Shown in pieces: positions 52,835 through 64,000 of a stretch of DNA of 64,000 nt. The translations under genes and the position numbers were made by a program. Where the stretch lies: NCBI RefSeq assembly GCF_009914755.1, contig NC_060929.1. One strand, 5' to 3'. Under the pieces are notes generated by a model. It was given only the letters and a program-made list of their open reading frames with translations, was not told where the DNA came from and searched no databases. Each line of letters starts with the position of its first letter. Positions within the stretch are counted from its first letter, which is position 1. Origin of the DNA: the human T2T-CHM13v2.0 reference genome, Homo sapiens.

Positions 52835-52879
52835 TTAAGTTGGTGCAAAAGTAACTGTGGTTCTTGCCACCACTTTCAA
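52835..52879. mobile_element. MADE1 half element (left TIR)
   Basis: ttaagttggtgcaaaagtaactgtggttcttgccaccacttt matches the left arm of MADE1. Confidence 0.75.
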
Positions 52880-52944
52880 AATAAAAATAAATAAATAAAT
52901 TTTATACTAAATATGTTGGTATATGTATTACCTAGTTTAAATAA

Positions 52945-53268
<324 letters not shown>

Positions 53269-53600
53269 TAGCCATTTTAAATAAAATTTAAATTTTGACC
53301 AGGCACAGTTGCTTATGCCTGTGATCCCAATACTTTCAGAGGCCAAGGAGGAAGGATCACTAGAGGATAGGAGTTCGAGGTTGCAGTGAGCAACGATCAC
53401 ACCATTGCACTCCAGCCTGGGCAACAGGATGAGACTGTAAAAAATAATTAATTTTTTTAAACGGGAACTGGCACTGTGGCACATGTGTGTAATCCCAACA
53501 CTTTGGGAGACTGAGGCAAGTTAATAGTTTGTGCCCAGGAGTTTGAGACCAGCCTGGGCAACATGGAGAAACTCCATCTCTACAAAAAATACAAAAATTA

Positions 53601-54095
<495 letters not shown>

Positions 54096-54325
54096 TTAAA
54101 ATAATAAAAAGGAGCTATATAATGTTTTTATTTTCTCCAGGTCAAGAAGGAATTTTGGCCTTGGTGTATCTTCAAACATTAAAACTACAGCTGCTCAGGT
54201 CCTGTAGATATTTTAGTACAAAAAATAGGTCCCTAACTGGGCTAAACTAAATGTTAAAAGGTAGTGATAAATATAGTAAGTCCTTAGAATTTCTCCAGTT
54301 TTTTGTTTGTTTGTTGTTTTTTTGA

Positions 54326-54433
<108 letters not shown>

Positions 54434-55105
54434 TAACTGGGACTACCAGCACGTGCCACCATGCCCAGCTAACTTTTTGTATTTTTAGTAGAGACGGGGT
54501 TTCACCATGTTGGCCAGGATGGTCTTGATCTCCTGACCTCGTGATCAGCCCGTCTCGGCGTCCCAAAGTGCTGGGATTACACACATAAGCCACCCTGCCT
54601 GGCCCATTTCTCCAGTTTATACCTAATTATCATTAAAATAGAGATAAATTAAATATAATGAACATAATTATCTTAGGGGGCATTCAGCTCTGACAGTCTA
54701 TGAATTTTAATTTCTCTGTACTAAAGACATAATTTTCTACAGTTTACATTACTTTAGGAATCCTTTTGGAATTTCATTAAAGTGATAATTAAAAACTGTA
54801 TTATAATTTATGCAAATTTCTCAGATATAAATTCTTAATTTCTCAACATACATGAACTGCCTGGGTGCGGTGACTCATGCCTGTAATCCCAGCACTTTGG
54901 GAGGCCGAGGTGGGCGGATCACCTAAGCTCAGGAGTTCAAGAGCAGCCTGGCCAACCACAGCCAACACGGTGAAACCCCGTCTCTACTGAAAATACAAAA
55001 ATTAGCCGGGCATGGTGGCAGGTGCCTGTAATCCCAACTACTCGGAAGGCTGAGGCAGGAGAATCTCATGACCTGGGAGTCAGAGGTTGCAGTGAGCCGA
55101 GATCA

Positions 55106-55384
<279 letters not shown>

Positions 55385-56476
55385 CTATGTCATCTATGTT
55401 AGATTACTAAAAACTGATACAAGGAAGAATGTGAATTATGTATTTTAATTTTTTGAAGTTGAATAAAAACTATCTGAACATGTCATAAAAAACTGAGGTT
55501 TCGTCAGTTATCTGCTGATAGCCCACAGGCAACAGAAGATGTAAAACCACCAGGTTTATTTGCTTTTCCCAAACTATAAGACATAATATGTAATGCTATC
55601 AGAAAATGCATATTCCAACTTTTACGCATTTCCATATGGGTATCCAAATGATTTTACTATTAAGTGTTCATCAGCAAAATACATTGAAACCTTACTCAAA
55701 ACAGCTAAAATATTAAAGGTATGTAGAAATCAAAATATTGCAAAAAAAGAAACAAGGCTAGAGAGTAGTAGCAGAATGGAAAGAACTATAAATATGAGTG
55801 GAGGGAACTAAGTTCTAGCAGTTTTGCTATAACTAGTTCTGTGACCTTGGGTAAATCTCTTGCTTTCTTGTGCTTGGTTTTCTCATCTGTGAAATGATAG
55901 GATTAAACCCCACCATCTAAGGTTCCTTCTAATATTAATCTCTTAACTAGAACTTCTTAAAAGACACAAAAATGTGAGGTGTCTTAAGGCTCTAAACTAT
56001 TTCTTAAATCAGTAATTATCCAGATTTCACTGTTTTTAGAATTGTTCATAGTATCTTCCTCATAATCCTGTAATTACAAATTTATGCATATCTTCCCCAC
56101 CACACAAAGAGCTTCTCAAGCTCCTCATCCACAAATAATAAAAAACAAATCTTGGCCAGCCATGGTGGCTCACGCCTGTAATCCCAGCACTTTGGGAGGC
56201 CGAGTCGGGCAACATGGCAAAACCGCGGCTGCACTAAAAACGCAAAAATTAGCCGGGGATGATGGCACGTGCCTGTAGTCCCAGCCACTCAGCAGGCTGA
56301 GGTGGGAGAATCACCTGAGCCCAGGAAGTCAAGGCTACAGTGAGCCATGATTGCACCAGTGCACTCCAACCCAGGTGACAAAGTGAGACCCTGTCTCAAA
56401 AAAATTAAAATTTAGCCGGGCGCGGTGGTTCATGCCTGTATTCCCAGCACTTTGCGAGGCCCAGGTGGGTGGATCA

Positions 56477-57192
<716 letters not shown>

Positions 57193-57599
57193 TAAAAAGA
57201 AGGGTGGTTTCTGAGTAAATAATTACTTTTCTATTTCCAAGTGCTTTAAAAAAGCATCTGACTCAACTCTACTATTTAAAGTCCTTATATAAAGGTACAG
57301 ATATTTGTAGAAGCCTAATTTAAAAACAACTTTTAGACAAATTAAAGTACATTCCTATTGTACTATTTTTCTTAGCATCAACCATCAACATATGGCTTAG
57401 CTATCTGCATCCTAGCAAAGAAAATATTATTTGCTAAAGCAGAGAATTTTCTGCCTTCTTTATCAGCCCAAGGAACCCATCTGCTGCCATCTATCAAAAC
57501 AATATGCTTCCCTGTACTTACACAGAAAAGCTAAATTTGAAAATCAAGCAGAATTGATCTGGCAATATTTATTTTAGACATGTAACTCATGTTATTTCA

Positions 57600-57782
<183 letters not shown>

Positions 57783-58692
57783 TTAAAAATATGTTTAAAG
57801 AAGGCCAAGGCTAAAGAAACAAGTAGTATCATTTTAAGTTTTGTTTTGTTTTTTTTCGAGACCGAGTCTTGCTCTGTCACCCAGGCTGGAGTGCAAGTGC
57901 TGCAATCTCAGCTCACTGCAACCTCCGGGTTCAAGCAATTCTCCTGCCTCAGCCTCCCAAGTAGCTGGGATTAGAGGCGTGTGCCACCACATGTGGCTAA
58001 TTTTTGTATTTTTAGTAGAGATGGGGTTTCACCATGTTGGCCAGGCTGGTCTCAAACTCCTGACCTCGTGATCTGCCCGCCTCAGCCTCCCAAAGTGCTG
58101 GGATTACAGGTGTGAGCCACCACGCCTGGCCCATTTGTAAGTTTTTATTGTAGATCATATACCGACTTTATAAGAATTGGTAATTGCTATATTGGTGAGG
58201 CTATAGGAAAGGAATAGTCCTAAGTACTGTTCTGGGAGTGTAAACTTATATGACTTCTTTGGAGGAAAAATTGGCAAAAGCCACCAAAATTTAAATTGTA
58301 TATATTTTTTATTGTACAATTTTATTCCTAGGAATTTATCCTAAGATATACTCACATGTGTGCACAAATATAAATTATATGAGAATTTCACTGCAGCACT
58401 GTTCGTAGAAGAAAAAGATTGGAAACAACCTAGACCTCCACCTATAAGGGAATGGCTAAGAAAATTTTTGTACAACCCCACAATAAAATATTATTCATCT
58501 GTTAAAAATGATGAGGTCTGGCTGGACACTGTGGCTCATGCCTGTAATCCCAGCACTTTGGGAGGCCAAGGCAGGCAGATCACAAGGTCAGGAGTTCGAG
58601 ACAAGCCTGACCAACATGGAAAAACCTCGTCTCTACTAAAAATACAAAATTAGCCGGGTGTGGTGGCACATGCCTGTAATCCCAGTTACTCA

Positions 58693-58791
<99 letters not shown>

Positions 58792-58894
58792 TCAGTCTCA
58801 AAAAAAAAAAAAAATTGATGAGGTAGGTCTATCTATATGTGCTGAAATGGAATGATCTCCAAGATAAACTGTCAAGTGAAAAAAGCAACATTCA

Positions 58895-61041
<2,147 letters not shown>

Positions 61042-61563
61042 CTATGTATATAGTATGTTCCTATTTCTGTTCAAAAGGAAGGAGATGGAGAAGTATGTGT
61101 ATGCATGTGTGTATACTGCTAGATAATGACCTAAGAAATAAAGGAATTAATTATAGTACATACAGTTTTTCAGATCTACATTATAACCATAGATGATATA
61201 ATAGTAACTTATAAGCTTGCTTATTTCACAAGTTTTAAGAATTTAATGAATATTAGTAAGTTTTAGTGAGAATAAATAAAATTAAGACCAAGTTTTGGAT
61301 CTTTTGGTGAATACACATATGTGTATGTTCAGCTTTAATTGTTATTTAATAACAGTTTTCCAGAGAGACTGTACAAGTTTACATTTCCCCACCAGTGTTA
61401 TGTGAGTTCTAACTGCTCCACTTACACTGGTATTTACTGTCTTTTTTTCAATTTAACCATTCTGGTGGTTATATAGTGGTACCACTTTGTGATATAAGTT
61501 TGCATCTTTCTGATGTCTAATAAAGATGACCTTTTGCATTTAAAAAAAACTCTCAAGCTTTAA

Positions 61564-61830
<267 letters not shown>

Positions 61831-62379
61831 TGATCCGCACGCCTCGGCCTCCCAAAGTGCTGGGATTACAGGCGTGAGCCACTGCACCATGCCAAAGGTA
61901 ATTATTTTTAAGTACTCTCTCCACAGAATGCAATTTCTATGCACCTCCTCCACTACCAAAAGAGACACTAAAAATATTCCTACACAAAGCAGTTCACTTT
62001 TCCCCAGCTTGACCTGAAATTTCACAGTACAATTTAGTAAGGTAATCCATTATCTGCAGAAATTTAAAGCATTATCTAGGCAGGCCTTTCAAAGAGCAAT
62101 AGAAGACAGACCACGTCTAGTTAATTATCACTGCAGCAGTAATCTTAAAGGGATCCCCTATTTTCTGAAATACGAGCAAGTCCTAGTTAGCTATAGAGAA
62201 AACCTCTCCTCTTCACTTCAACCACAACATTTTGCAGAAAAAGAGCTGTCCAATAGGAAAAACGAAAACAAAATTAACCTACTAAGGAAAGTAAAGGTAT
62301 TAGACTCGAGCCTTGATCAGGAAAAGTAGATCCAAAAAAGCTTAGGTCTAACATGTAGGGGTAAGGAAGGATTAAAAAA

Positions 62380-64000
<1,621 letters not shown>

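Overview
Primate (human-like) genomic DNA, AT-rich and packed with repeats. The only protein-coding gene I can support is the 3' two-thirds of CDKL3 (cyclin-dependent kinase-like 3) on the minus strand. It has eight internal coding exons from 57723 down to 38416, all GT-AG and phase-consistent, covering the end of the kinase domain and the long basic C-terminal tail. The sequence shows three possible C-termini: donor read-through at 43959-43962, a terminal exon at 35528-35581 and a terminal exon at 34482-34541. The 5' exons lie beyond the right edge. Positions 1-34000 are downstream of the gene and hold an RPS13 processed pseudogene inside an old L1, a two-LTR ERVL provirus with a dUTPase remnant, a full THE1 element with a MER11 solo LTR and an Alu nested in it, further LTR/L1/L2/MIR/MADE1 remnants and dozens of Alus. 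Nearly all supplied ORFs are Alu/L1/LTR artefacts. I found no new multi-gene system. The most unusual signal is an Alu whose 14-bp target-site duplication copied a CDKL3 splice donor (54845-55184). Repeat family names are from recognition of consensus motifs, not database searches, and repeat boundaries are approximate.
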